Below the pieces are notes generated by a model. The model was given only the letters and a program-made list of their open reading frames with translations, searched no databases and was not told the origin of the DNA. Below, piece by piece: positions 8,734-17,302 of a DNA stretch of 38,179 bases. The DNA is from Methanomicrobiales archaeon (GTDB lineage Archaea > Halobacteriota > Methanomicrobia > Methanomicrobiales > JACTUA01). Numbering within the stretch: the first letter of the stretch is position 1; every line of letters starts with the position of its first letter. Position numbers and translations under genes: made by a program. Location: NCBI GenBank assembly GCA_028678665.1, contig JAJRDA010000002.1, positions 1-38,179 on the forward strand. Direction: 5' to 3'.

Positions 8734-9525
8734 TCATACCTTAAGAATCTCCAGCGCTTCGTCTACAGTTCTCTTCTCATGCACGATGGCGGCTGCAGCC
8801 CGGACAAACCGGTCTGGCGCCTTATGCTGGAACGCGTTGCGGCCGATGGAGATGCCGGCCGCTCCACCCTCCATGGCACCGGCAATGAGGTCCAGGGTCG
8901 CCCGCTCGTCGGTCTTCGATCCCCCGGCCACGACGACAGGGACCGGGCAGCCCCGGGTCACTGTCCGGAAGCTGTCGGGATCCCCCGTGTACACGGTCTT
9001 CACGATGTCGGCACCCAGCTCCGCGGCCACGCGGGCGGCGAGAGCCACGTGCTCCACGTCGTTCTCTTTCCGGATCTTGGCCCCCCGGGGGTACATCATG
9101 GCCAGGAGCGGCATCCCCCACTCCATGCACTCCACCGCGGTGCGGCCCAGGTCCCGGAGCATGCGGGCCTCGGACTCCGCGCCGATGTTGATATGGAGGG
9201 AGACACCATCGGCCCCCATCTTCAGCGCGTTTGCCACCGTGTTGACGAGCACCTTTTCGTTGGGGTCAGGGGAGAGGGACGTGGAGCCCGACAGGTGCAG
9301 GATCAGCCCCACGTCAGGGCCCCGCTGCCGGTGCCCGTAGAGGGAGAGCCCCAGGTGCCCCAGCACCGCGTTGGCCCCGCCCCGGGCCACCAGTTCCACG
9401 GTCTCTCCCATGTCGATCAGGCCTGCCATCGGACCGTTCGTCACCCCGTGGTCCATGGGGACGATGATCGTCTTTCTCGTGTTCCGGTCCATGATACGTT
9501 CCAGACGGATCTGTTTTCCTCTCAT
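8734..9525 (-). CDS. Class I aldolase (DeoC/FbaB) family protein; second tandem paralog (ADH synthase or DKFP synthase)
   Basis: [32 protein letters not shown]...MMYPRG...VKTVYTGD...VVVAGG...GRNAFQ. Strong SD GGAGGAG lies 5-6 nt upstream of ATG 9525. The track start at 9555 is rejected. Confidence 0.8.
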   Translation of the reverse strand: MRGKQIRLERIMDRNTRKTIIVPMDHGVTNGPMAGLIDMGETVELVARGGANAVLGHLGLSLYGHRQRGPDVGLILHLSGSTSLSPDPNEKVLVNTVANALKMGADGVSLHINIGAESEARMLRDLGRTAVECMEWGMPLLAMMYPRGAKIRKENDVEHVALAARVAAELGADIVKTVYTGDPDSFRTVTRGCPVPVVVAGGSKTDERATLDLIAGAMEGGAAGISIGRNAFQHKAPDRFVRAAAAIVHEKRTVDEALEILKV

Positions 9526-9570
9526 GACATCTCCTCCCGGCCGATCAGATCCCATGATCTGACGGACGGG

Positions 9571-9723
9571 TTACTGATAGCCAAAAAAGCGATAGCCGTA
9601 CGCTGCGCTTCCGGGCCTGGCACGAGTGCACGGGCCCGCCACCATCATCCTGCATGCGGGCGAGAACAGGACCTTCCGCTCAGCGATAAGGCAACCGGGA
9701 GCGGAAAGGCATTCACCACGCAT
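9571..9723 (-). CDS. Candidate 50-codon leader ORF upstream of the aro operon (hypothetical, may not be translated)
   Basis: ATG 9723 lies 24 nt downstream of TATA-like TTTTATCA. Peptide is MRGECLSAPGCLIAERKVLFSPACRMMVAGPCTRARPGSAAYGYRFFGYQ. The last 9 codons hold 3 Tyr and 2 Phe, and the Phe-Phe codons form a T6 tract. G/C-ending codon bias is weaker than in real genes. Confidence 0.3.
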   Translation of the reverse strand: MRGECLSAPGCLIAERKVLFSPACRMMVAGPCTRARPGSAAYGYRFFGYQ

Positions 9724-9747
9724 TGCTAAGCTATAGCATGGCAGGGT

Positions 9748-9755
9748 TGATAAAA
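9748..9755 (-). promoter_or_regulatory. TATA-like box (TTTTATCA), probable aro operon promoter
   Basis: It is the only AT-rich TATA-like element in the 436-nt gap upstream of the operon, and has the same sequence type as other putative TATA boxes in the window. Confidence 0.4.
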
Positions 9756-9991
9756 GTATGGGATCGCGGGGATGCCGGACCCGGAATGTTCCGGTCAGGG
9801 TGGGGGGAGAGCGCAGGGAGGAATGTTGGCACATTCCTGAACATCCTCCACCCCGAAAACCGAGGGAAGTGACCATCCCCATGGGGGTGGGACCGGGAGG
9901 GGGCTCTGCCCCTCCCGTCTCCCTCCCCCGGTGAGGATATTCTCTACGGACTGGCCAGGAATCCTGAACTCGGAGGGGGAGTGATCTGCCG

Positions 9992-11356
9992 TCACCGCTC
10001 CACCGGGAACCCCGCCGCCCGCCAGGCTGCCATGGAACCCAGTACCGTCGAGACCCTGTCGAATCCTTCCCGGAGGAGCAGGCTCGCCGCGATGGACGAC
10101 TTGTAGCCGGCATCGCAGAAGGTGAGGATCTCTTTCTCCCGGGGGATGGTGGGAATCACGGGGGGTAGTTCGCCCACGTAGACGTTGTGGGCTCCTGGGA
10201 GGTGGCCGAACCGGTCAAAGTTGGACCGGTCTCTCACGTCCAGCAGGTACACCGACGGGTCACCAAGCCGCCCCTTCAGCTCGTGCACCGAGAGGGTTCC
10301 CGCACGGCGGATAGGCTCACCCGCCTTCGCCCACGCAAAGAAACCCCCTGCCAGGTATCCTGCCACCCTGTCAAAGCCGAGCCGGAGGAGCTGGCGGTGG
10401 ACGGGCTCCAGCTGCAGGTTGAATTCATCGATGATGACAACCGGCTGGTCATAGGTAAGGTAGTAACCGGCAAAGGCCGCCATCCCCTGCCGCCAGAGGT
10501 TCAGAGAGCCGGGGATGTGCCCGCCGGCAAAGGAGGTGGGAAGCCGGATGTCCAGCAGCCAGGCGCCGGCTGCGGCCAGCTCCTTCACCCGGTCCACCGG
10601 AAGGGGGGGGAGGAATCGGTGCGGGGGAAGGGGCGGGGGACCCTGCAGGTTATACCGCTCCATCTGCCGGAAATAGGCAGGGGTGTGGTGCTTCTCTGCC
10701 ACCTTATCCGCAATGAACGCCTTCCGGTCGTGACGGAGCTGCGGGTTCACCGCCCGCTCGTAGCCCAGGGTGGAGAGGTCACGGTCCGCGATATTCACGC
10801 CGCAGACGGACCCGGACCCGTGGGCCGGGCAGAGGATCACGTCATCGCCCAGCGGGAAGATCTTCCGGTGCAGGGAGTCGTACAACGTTCCCCCCATCTC
10901 CTCCTCCCGGCCGGGGAAGAAGTCCGTCCTCCCCGTGTCGCCGGCAAAGAGGGCATCGCCGGTGAAGACAGCCAGCGCCCGTTTGGGAGACTCCGTTTCA
11001 GAGACGGCAAGGGAGATGGACTCCTCGGTGTGCCCGGGCGTCTCCAGGACCCGGATCTCCAGGGATCCGACCCGGAACCGGTCCCCGTCCCGGACCGGCT
11101 CCCCGTACGCGAAGGGGAGGGCAGCCCCGTGGTGGACAGTGGCGCCGGTCGCCCGGGCCAGCTCCAGGGACCCGATGACGTAATCCTCGTTCCGGTGCGT
11201 CTCGAACACACGGGTAATGCGGAGGTCGTTCCTCCCTGCCATCTCCAGGTACACGCCGATGTCGCGGCGGGGGTCGATGACCACCGCCTCGCCCCCCGAG
11301 CCCACCAGGTACGAGTGGTGGGCGATGCCTTCTGACGTAATCCGCTCCGGGATCAT
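9992..11356 (-). CDS. Metallo-beta-lactamase-fold protein fused to two rhodanese domains
   Basis: N-terminal MBL motifs ETPGHTEES, GDALFAGDTGRTD and LCPAHG. Two C-terminal rhodanese-like repeats (...GHIPGSLN...; ...GHLPGAHNV...CDAGYKS). Confidence 0.85.
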   Translation of the reverse strand: MIPERITSEGIAHHSYLVGSGGEAVVIDPRRDIGVYLEMAGRNDLRITRVFETHRNEDYVIGSLELARATGATVHHGAALPFAYGEPVRDGDRFRVGSLEIRVLETPGHTEESISLAVSETESPKRALAVFTGDALFAGDTGRTDFFPGREEEMGGTLYDSLHRKIFPLGDDVILCPAHGSGSVCGVNIADRDLSTLGYERAVNPQLRHDRKAFIADKVAEKHHTPAYFRQMERYNLQGPPPLPPHRFLPPLPVDRVKELAAAGAWLLDIRLPTSFAGGHIPGSLNLWRQGMAAFAGYYLTYDQPVVIIDEFNLQLEPVHRQLLRLGFDRVAGYLAGGFFAWAKAGEPIRRAGTLSVHELKGRLGDPSVYLLDVRDRSNFDRFGHLPGAHNVYVGELPPVIPTIPREKEILTFCDAGYKSSIAASLLLREGFDRVSTVLGSMAAWRAAGFPVER

Positions 11357-11482
11357 GTGATGCGCGCCCCCTCCCGGCCGGTCCCGGGAGATCGCTCAGG
11401 TCAGAGTGTGGCGGCAGGGAGTAGATAAGCGTGATGGGACCCGCCGGAAGGAGGGGGCAGGGCCGGGGGGGTGAGGACCCCT

Positions 11483-12922
11483 TCACTCCCAGTCCGGGAT
11501 GTTCTCCGGCAGGGTCAGGGGGAAGATGGCCGAGATATTGCCCGGGTGTGCCACGTACAGGGGTCCCCAGGAGGCGTTCCGGTCGTGCATCACCTTCAGG
11601 ATGCCGAGCATCCGGTCAAAGATCAGCGGGAGATCGGCGCCCTTCGCCACCGATGCGGTGACGGCGGCTGCGACGACGTGGGCGGCATAGATCCCCTTTG
11701 CGTAACGGGACGGGAGCGTCCCTGCCTGCTGCAGGAGTGTGCGCAGCTTCCCTGCGATCCGCTCATCCTTGTCCCTCCAGTCCTGGATGTGGCCCAGGGC
11801 GCGGAGTTCCAGCTGCTCCATCTTCGTCCGGGCCAGGATCTCTGCCACCACGTCAGCAGACCGTTTCGCATCATCGGATGGGATCACCGTCGTGCCCAGG
11901 CGGATGGTGGTGAGGTCCCGGTCCGCCTCCTTCTCGATGGCTGCCGCCCACTTCTTTGCGGCCGAGAAGGAGAGCCGCCGGATGACGGCCGCCGCCAGGT
12001 ACGCCCGGAGCAGGTCGGCCGGGTGGGGGTCCGAGAGGTGTCCGGTGCCGGAGAGGACGGGATCACCCCCGTAGGCATCCCGCAGGGCCCGGAAGTAGCC
12101 CACGAGACCGATGCCCGCGGCCGGCCCCATGTTCAGGATCCCCAGCACGTCGGAAGCGGTCTCATCGATCCGGGCAGACCAGTAGTCAGGGAGGATCTTC
12201 CCCAGTTTCTCCTTCGTGAGCGCTTCCCAGACCTTCGTGGCCATCTCTTCGGCAAGCCCCGAGTCGGCGTGGATGATGTCGTGCCCTGACGTCTCGTGGG
12301 CAATGGCGGCCCAGGCCAGGATACCGGCACGGGCGTTCGCCGGGGGCAGGTTCACGATGGCAGCGGCGACCCCGAACGAAGAAGTGGCATCCACCGGCCA
12401 GGTGTAGGGCCCGGCCTCCGGGTAGCCCCATTTCACGAGCGGGGGGATGACCCCTTTATCCGGAGGATTCACTTCTTTCCTGTCTTCGGCAGAGAGGAAC
12501 CCGTCGTAGAGGTCGCTCACCACCTCCTGGAACCCGTCCGTTGCCCGGTCCTCGTACCGCTCGCCGTTCTGCAGGATTGCCTGGGCAATATCGAGCATGA
12601 GACACGCCTCTCCCTCCCGCTCCGGGTCCCGTGAAAGGAGAGAGGCAAATCCTTTCTTGCCGAGCCGATCCAGTGCGGCACGGAACGGGGTGGAGACCTG
12701 GTCCCTGTACAGGGGAGGCAACCGCTCTTCAGCGGTCACCAGCCTCCGCCGGAGATCCGCGTAGTCGGTGGGCTCTGCAGGCCCCGTGTCAGTTGCCAGC
12801 GCAACCTGCTTTGCATCCCGGATGCAGGCTGAGAGGCCGGAGAGATCCGGCCCTTTTACCGCTGCCGCGGTCTCCCGTTCCGGCGGCTGTTCCTTCTGTG
12901 AGACACTCCTTCTCATCGCCAT
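11483..12922 (-). CDS. Hypothetical protein with HETSGH (HExxGH) motif, possible metallopeptidase-like
   Basis: ATG 12922 is preceded by GAGGTGAGAGGA. HETSGH is encoded at 12281-12298, with DETASD 40 residues later. No family recognised. Track ORF upstream of 12922 is rejected. Confidence 0.65.
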   Translation of the reverse strand: MAMRRSVSQKEQPPERETAAAVKGPDLSGLSACIRDAKQVALATDTGPAEPTDYADLRRRLVTAEERLPPLYRDQVSTPFRAALDRLGKKGFASLLSRDPEREGEACLMLDIAQAILQNGERYEDRATDGFQEVVSDLYDGFLSAEDRKEVNPPDKGVIPPLVKWGYPEAGPYTWPVDATSSFGVAAAIVNLPPANARAGILAWAAIAHETSGHDIIHADSGLAEEMATKVWEALTKEKLGKILPDYWSARIDETASDVLGILNMGPAAGIGLVGYFRALRDAYGGDPVLSGTGHLSDPHPADLLRAYLAAAVIRRLSFSAAKKWAAAIEKEADRDLTTIRLGTTVIPSDDAKRSADVVAEILARTKMEQLELRALGHIQDWRDKDERIAGKLRTLLQQAGTLPSRYAKGIYAAHVVAAAVTASVAKGADLPLIFDRMLGILKVMHDRNASWGPLYVAHPGNISAIFPLTLPENIPDWE

Positions 12923-13137
12923 TCCTCTCACCTCTGCCCGGACGGGCACGGCCCGTTTCAGGTAAAGCGGGAGATACGGGTCCGGAGGAGAAAGGGTTTC
13001 CGGGGGGGGGTCAAGGAAAAGTTCTTCCAGAGGTAGATACCGACAGGGCGGGACTATCTTCCTCAGGGAGGGCGACGGGAGGAGACAGAGCCCCCTCCCG
13101 GTCCCACCCCCACGAGAGGATAACCGCTCCACGCAGG

Positions 13138-13145
13138 AAAAAAAA
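13138..13145 (-). terminator. oligo-T (T8) intrinsic terminator after the VIT1 gene
   Basis: A8 on the plus strand (T8 in the transcript sense) starts 15 nt past the stop at 13160-13162. Confidence 0.5.
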
Positions 13146-13159
13146 CTTCTTTATTCCTC

Positions 13160-14041
13160 TCAGATCTCCACGCCCAGGAAGGTCCGGACCAGGATCCCCA
13201 TCAGGAAGGAGAGGGCGGCCACCCCCAGGCTGATCCCTGCCATCTCGGTGAAGCGCTTCCGGAACGGCAGGTCCCGGGCAACCGAGATGTAGTACGAGAA
13301 GAAGAGGATGACGAGGAGTGCGGTGACGAGAGTGATGGCCAGGGAGAGGTACAGGTTTCCGAGGATCAAAAACGGTGCGATGAGGGCGGCGACCGTGATC
13401 AGGTATGCCACACCCGTGTACATCGCGGCCCGGAACGGGTCCCTCCCGTCCTCCTCAGACTTGGTGGAGAGGTACTCTGCGGCAGCCATGGAGAAGGCGG
13501 CGGCGATCCCCGTGATGAGCCCGGCGACCGCGATGATCCGGGCATTCTGGAGAGCAAAGGTGAACCCTGCCAGGGCGCCGGTCAGCTCCACCAGTGCGTC
13601 GTTCAGCCCCAGGACTACTGATCCTGTGTAGCGCAACCGCTCCTCATCGATGAGGCCGATCAGCTCCCGCTCGTGGTCCCGCTCGTCCTGGAGAATCCGC
13701 TCAAGGTCCGGTATCGTTACCGACAGGTCCCGGTACACCTGCTGGATCCTCCGCTCCCCACGCTCCAGCTGCTTGATCCCGAATGTGATCCCCAGGATCC
13801 GGCAGGTCATGAGGAAAAACGTCACCCGGATCCGATCGGGCGCTATCTCCTTCTTGGTCAGCTGTTTCCAGTACCCATAGTGCTGGTACTCGACGGCGGC
13901 TATCTGTTCCAGCACCTGCCGGTTCCGGGGGTCCGCGGTGATCCGGGCCAGGCCGGTGTAAATGGCATGTTCGGTGATCTCCTCCTTCTGGGCGTCTGCC
14001 GCGGCGGCGAGGATCACCGGGTCCGTGATCTCCGGAGGCAT
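13160..14041 (-). CDS. Ferritin-like (rubrerythrin-type) domain fused to VIT1/CCC1 iron/manganese transporter
   Basis: N-terminal four-helix-type repeats (EITEHAIY...; ...ERDHERELIG). C-terminal part has VLGLNDALVELTGALAG plus several hydrophobic helices typical of VIT1. Confidence 0.82.
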   Translation of the reverse strand: MPPEITDPVILAAAADAQKEEITEHAIYTGLARITADPRNRQVLEQIAAVEYQHYGYWKQLTKKEIAPDRIRVTFFLMTCRILGITFGIKQLERGERRIQQVYRDLSVTIPDLERILQDERDHERELIGLIDEERLRYTGSVVLGLNDALVELTGALAGFTFALQNARIIAVAGLITGIAAAFSMAAAEYLSTKSEEDGRDPFRAAMYTGVAYLITVAALIAPFLILGNLYLSLAITLVTALLVILFFSYYISVARDLPFRKRFTEMAGISLGVAALSFLMGILVRTFLGVEI

Positions 14042-14069
14042 GATGGAGGAGGGGTGAGGAGAGATGTGA

Positions 14070-14077
14070 GATAAAGG
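14070..14077 (-). promoter_or_regulatory. TATA-like box (CCTTTATC) for the VIT1 gene, leaderless spacing
   Basis: 28 nt upstream of ATG 14041, with no SD in between. Confidence 0.45.
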
Positions 14078-14330
14078 TATGCTCGCCGCTGCGGGCTGCG
14101 GGTGGGTAGGCCACGGGGGAGGTGTCTCGCCCGGAGGTTATCTCCAGGAAGGTGCGAACCAGGTGAAGGGCCTCCCGCCGGTCTTCCCGATGGGTGCAGC
14201 CGGTTGTTCCGGAACCTTTCTCATCCGGCCGCGGAGCCGGCGGCTCCCGCAGGAGAAACCGGCCGAAATCCGCCGAGAACCGGTGCGATAAAGTGAAGTA
14301 TTCCGAAGATGTATAATTGGCTGGGAACGT

Positions 14331-14930
14331 ATGAAGAACCACCCGGTCCAGGACATGATGCTTCTGATGGCCTCCAAGATCCGGGCCATCGCGAACACCA
14401 TCTCCGACGAAGAGGTGGAATCTTTTCTCAGAGAGCTCCTGGCGGCCACGCGGATCTATGTGATGGGTGCCGGCCGGTCCGGCCTGGTGGCCAAGGCCTT
14501 TGCCATGCGCCTGATGCACCTGGGGCTCCAGTCCTACGTCGTGGGAGAGACGATCACCCCTGCGCTGGGGAAGGGGGACGTCATCGTGGTCTTCTCGGGA
14601 TCGGGCGAGACCAAGACGATGGCGGACATCGCCGAAACGGCGAAGGGGATCGGCGCCAGGATCTGCCTGATCACGTCGCGGAAGGACTCCCGGATTGGCC
14701 GGATCGCGGACTGCATCGTGGTCGTGGAAAGCCAGCGGGACGCGGTCCGGGACGACGCGGCCGAGTTCGAGATCCGGCAGATGATGGGGGAGCACAAGTC
14801 CTTTGCCCCCCTGGGCACGCTCTTCGAGACCACGGCCATGATCTTCGCCGACGCGGTCATCTCGCGGCTGATGGAGATCACGAAGACAGACGTGGAACAG
14901 CTCCGGGGCAGGCACGTGAACATCGAATGA
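14331..14930 (+). CDS. hxlB: 6-phospho-3-hexuloisomerase (SIS domain)
   Basis: ...RIYVMGAGRSGLVAKAFAMRLMHLGLQSYVVGETITP...VVFSGSGET... closely follows the PHI family pattern, and length is ~199 aa. Confidence 0.83.
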   Translation: MKNHPVQDMMLLMASKIRAIANTISDEEVESFLRELLAATRIYVMGAGRSGLVAKAFAMRLMHLGLQSYVVGETITPALGKGDVIVVFSGSGETKTMADIAETAKGIGARICLITSRKDSRIGRIADCIVVVESQRDAVRDDAAEFEIRQMMGEHKSFAPLGTLFETTAMIFADAVISRLMEITKTDVEQLRGRHVNIE

Positions 14931-14957
14931 GAATGGGATGAAGAGGAGGTACCTTAC

Positions 14958-16058
14958 GTGAGGTTTTCGGAACGGATCCAGGGCATCGAGGGTTCGGGGA
15001 TTCGAAAAATTTTTGAGGCGGCAGGGCCGGGAGCCGTGAACCTGGGCCTGGGGCAGCCGGACTTTGATACCCCGGCCCACATCAAGGAGGCCGCCATCGC
15101 GGCACTCCGAGAGGGAAAGACCGGCTACACGCAGAACGCCGGTATCCCTGAGCTCCGGACCGCCATCTGCGACAAGCTCCGGAGGGAAAACGGCCTTTCG
15201 TACCGGCCCGAAGAGGTGATCGTGACAGCGGGTGGCAGCGAGGCGCTCCACCTGCTGATGCAGGTCCTGGTCCGGGACGGGGACCGGGTGCTGGTCCCGG
15301 ACCCGGGCTTTGTCTCCTACGCGGCGCTGGCCACGGTAGCCGGCGGCGTCCCGGTGGGGATGCCCCCGGATTCCTCCATGCACACCGACGTGGAGAAGGC
15401 GAAGGAGCTCCTGGACGGCGCTGCCGTGATGGTGCTGAACAGCCCCTCGAACCCTACGGGTGCTGTCGAGCCGGAGGAGTCCGTCCGGGCGCTGGTCCAG
15501 TACGCCGCCGACCGGGGTGTTACCGTCATCTCCGACGAGGTGTACGAGCACCTGATCTACGGCCGTCGCCACGTGCCGGCCGCCCAATTCGGCGAGAACG
15601 TCATCACCGTGAACGCCACCAGCAAGACCTATGCCATGACCGGCTGGCGGGTCGGATTCTTTGCCGGCCCCCAGGAAGTGGTGGACCAGGCCGTGAAACT
15701 GCACCAGTACTGCCAGGCCTGCGCCACCTCCATCGCCCAGTACGCGGCCGTTGCTGCCTATACCGGCGACCAGTCCTCGGTGGCAGAGATGCGGAAGGAG
15801 TACCAGGCCCGCCGGGACCTGATGTACGAGGGGTTCAGCCGCATGGGGATCTACTTCCCGATCCCGGAGGGGGCATTCTATATGTTTGTGCCCTTCGGCA
15901 GGGAGCTCACCGGTAAGATCCTCTCGAAGGGCGTCGTGATCGTGCCCGGCGACGCCTTCGGGAAGAACGCGCCGGGTTATGCCCGGCTCTGCTATGCCGT
16001 GAGCCGGGAGACCATCGAGGAAGCCATCCACCGGATCGGGAAGGCGGTGGCGGAGTGA
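14958..16058 (+). CDS. Class I/II PLP-dependent aminotransferase (aspartate/aromatic type)
   Basis: GTG start at 14958 after GAGGAGGT. ...NLGLGQPDFDTP...GYTQNAGIPELR...SPSNPTG...NATSKTYAMTGWRVGF... (the PLP Lys lies in SKTYAM). Confidence 0.9.
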   Translation: MRFSERIQGIEGSGIRKIFEAAGPGAVNLGLGQPDFDTPAHIKEAAIAALREGKTGYTQNAGIPELRTAICDKLRRENGLSYRPEEVIVTAGGSEALHLLMQVLVRDGDRVLVPDPGFVSYAALATVAGGVPVGMPPDSSMHTDVEKAKELLDGAAVMVLNSPSNPTGAVEPEESVRALVQYAADRGVTVISDEVYEHLIYGRRHVPAAQFGENVITVNATSKTYAMTGWRVGFFAGPQEVVDQAVKLHQYCQACATSIAQYAAVAAYTGDQSSVAEMRKEYQARRDLMYEGFSRMGIYFPIPEGAFYMFVPFGRELTGKILSKGVVIVPGDAFGKNAPGYARLCYAVSRETIEEAIHRIGKAVAE

Positions 16059-17098
16059 CGGGCGAAAAGCAGCTCCTCCGGAAGTTCGCGGACGCCCACG
16101 GGGTCTCGGGGAGCGAGGGGAACGTCCACGACGTGATCCGGGCCGAGATCCGGGATCACGTGGACGAGGTCCGGACCGACCGGATGGGCAACCTGGTGGC
16201 CGTGAAGAACGGCGGCGACCTCTCGGTGATGCTGGCCGCCCACACCGACGAGATAGGCCTGATGGTGAACTACATCGATGAGAAGGGGTTCTCTCGGTTC
16301 GTCACCTTCGGCGGGTGGTATGCCCCGACGCTCCTCGCCCAGCGGGTGATCCTCCATGGAACCAAGGGGCTGATCCACGGTGTGGTAGGGGCGAAGCCGC
16401 CCCATGCCATGTCCGAGGAGGAACGCAAGAAAGGGGTGAAGACCGAGGAGATGTTCATCGACGTGGGGGCCTCCAGTGCGAAGGAGGTGGGGCGGCTGGG
16501 CATCGAGATCGGGACCCCGGTCACCATCGACCGGGAGCTGGCGGACCTGGGCTACCGGCGGGTGACGGGCAAAGCCTTCGACAACCGGGTCGGGTGCGTC
16601 CTCCTGGCCCGGACCCTCCAGCAGATGGACTCGCCCCATACCGTCTATGCCGTCTTCACGGCACAGGAGGAGGTGGGGGCCAAGGGCGCCCGGACCAGCG
16701 CCTTTGAGCTGGAGCCGGACTGTGCCATCGCAACGGATGTCACCTTCCCGGGGGACCACCCGGAGATCAAGAAGGAGGACTCCTCTCTCGTGATGGGGAA
16801 GGGGCCCGCCATCACCGTCTCGGATGCCAGCGGCCGGGGTCTCATCGCCGACCGGCGGATGGTGGCCTGGCTCCGGTCCGTTGCCGAAAAAAAGAAGATC
16901 CCCTACCAGCTGAAGGTAGGCCACGGCGGCACCACCGATGCGAGCGCCATCCACCTGGTCCGGGCCGGCATCCCCTCGACGGTGATCAGTGTCCCGGTGC
17001 GGTACATCCACTCGCCGGTCGAAGTGGTGGACCTGCGGGACATCGAGATGTCGGTGAAGCTCCTGGTGGAGGCGCTCCGGATCAGGCCGGACCTCTGA
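16055..17098 (+). CDS. M42 family aminopeptidase (TET/FrvX type)
   Basis: ...HGVSGSE...AHTDEIGLMV...KAFDNRVG...FTAQEEVG...GGTTDA... . GTG 16055 overlaps the aminotransferase stop as GTGA. Confidence 0.87.
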   Translation: MTGEKQLLRKFADAHGVSGSEGNVHDVIRAEIRDHVDEVRTDRMGNLVAVKNGGDLSVMLAAHTDEIGLMVNYIDEKGFSRFVTFGGWYAPTLLAQRVILHGTKGLIHGVVGAKPPHAMSEEERKKGVKTEEMFIDVGASSAKEVGRLGIEIGTPVTIDRELADLGYRRVTGKAFDNRVGCVLLARTLQQMDSPHTVYAVFTAQEEVGAKGARTSAFELEPDCAIATDVTFPGDHPEIKKEDSSLVMGKGPAITVSDASGRGLIADRRMVAWLRSVAEKKKIPYQLKVGHGGTTDASAIHLVRAGIPSTVISVPVRYIHSPVEVVDLRDIEMSVKLLVEALRIRPDL

Positions 17099-17302
17099 TC
17101 TCCCTCTATCCCGTTTCAGATCGATCCTGAGGTAAACCGAGCATCCCTTCTCTCTGTGATTGGGAAACTCGGCAGGAGTTGGATAGGGGGGTAGGACCGG
17201 AAGGAGGCTCAGCCCTCTCCCGCCGCGTTCCCCGGACAGGTATGCCCTTCCGGCATGGGGGGACCTTGCCCCACCAGCAAGGCTCATGCCCCTTCACACC
17301 CC

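Noticed and set aside
9571-10113. 180-aa minus-strand ORF spanning the aro-operon upstream gap and the 3' end of the MBL gene.
   Set aside because: Most of it is Arg/Pro/Gly-rich and overlaps the MBL-rhodanese gene. Only the last 50 codons (from ATG 9723, downstream of the TATA-like box) are considered, as a speculative leader ORF.
14079-14296. Short plus-strand ORFs (70 and 64 aa) in the VIT1/hxlB divergent intergenic region.
   Set aside because: They are Gly/Arg/Pro-rich, have no SD or TATA at appropriate spacing, and overlap each other in different frames. The region is better explained as a divergent promoter spacer.
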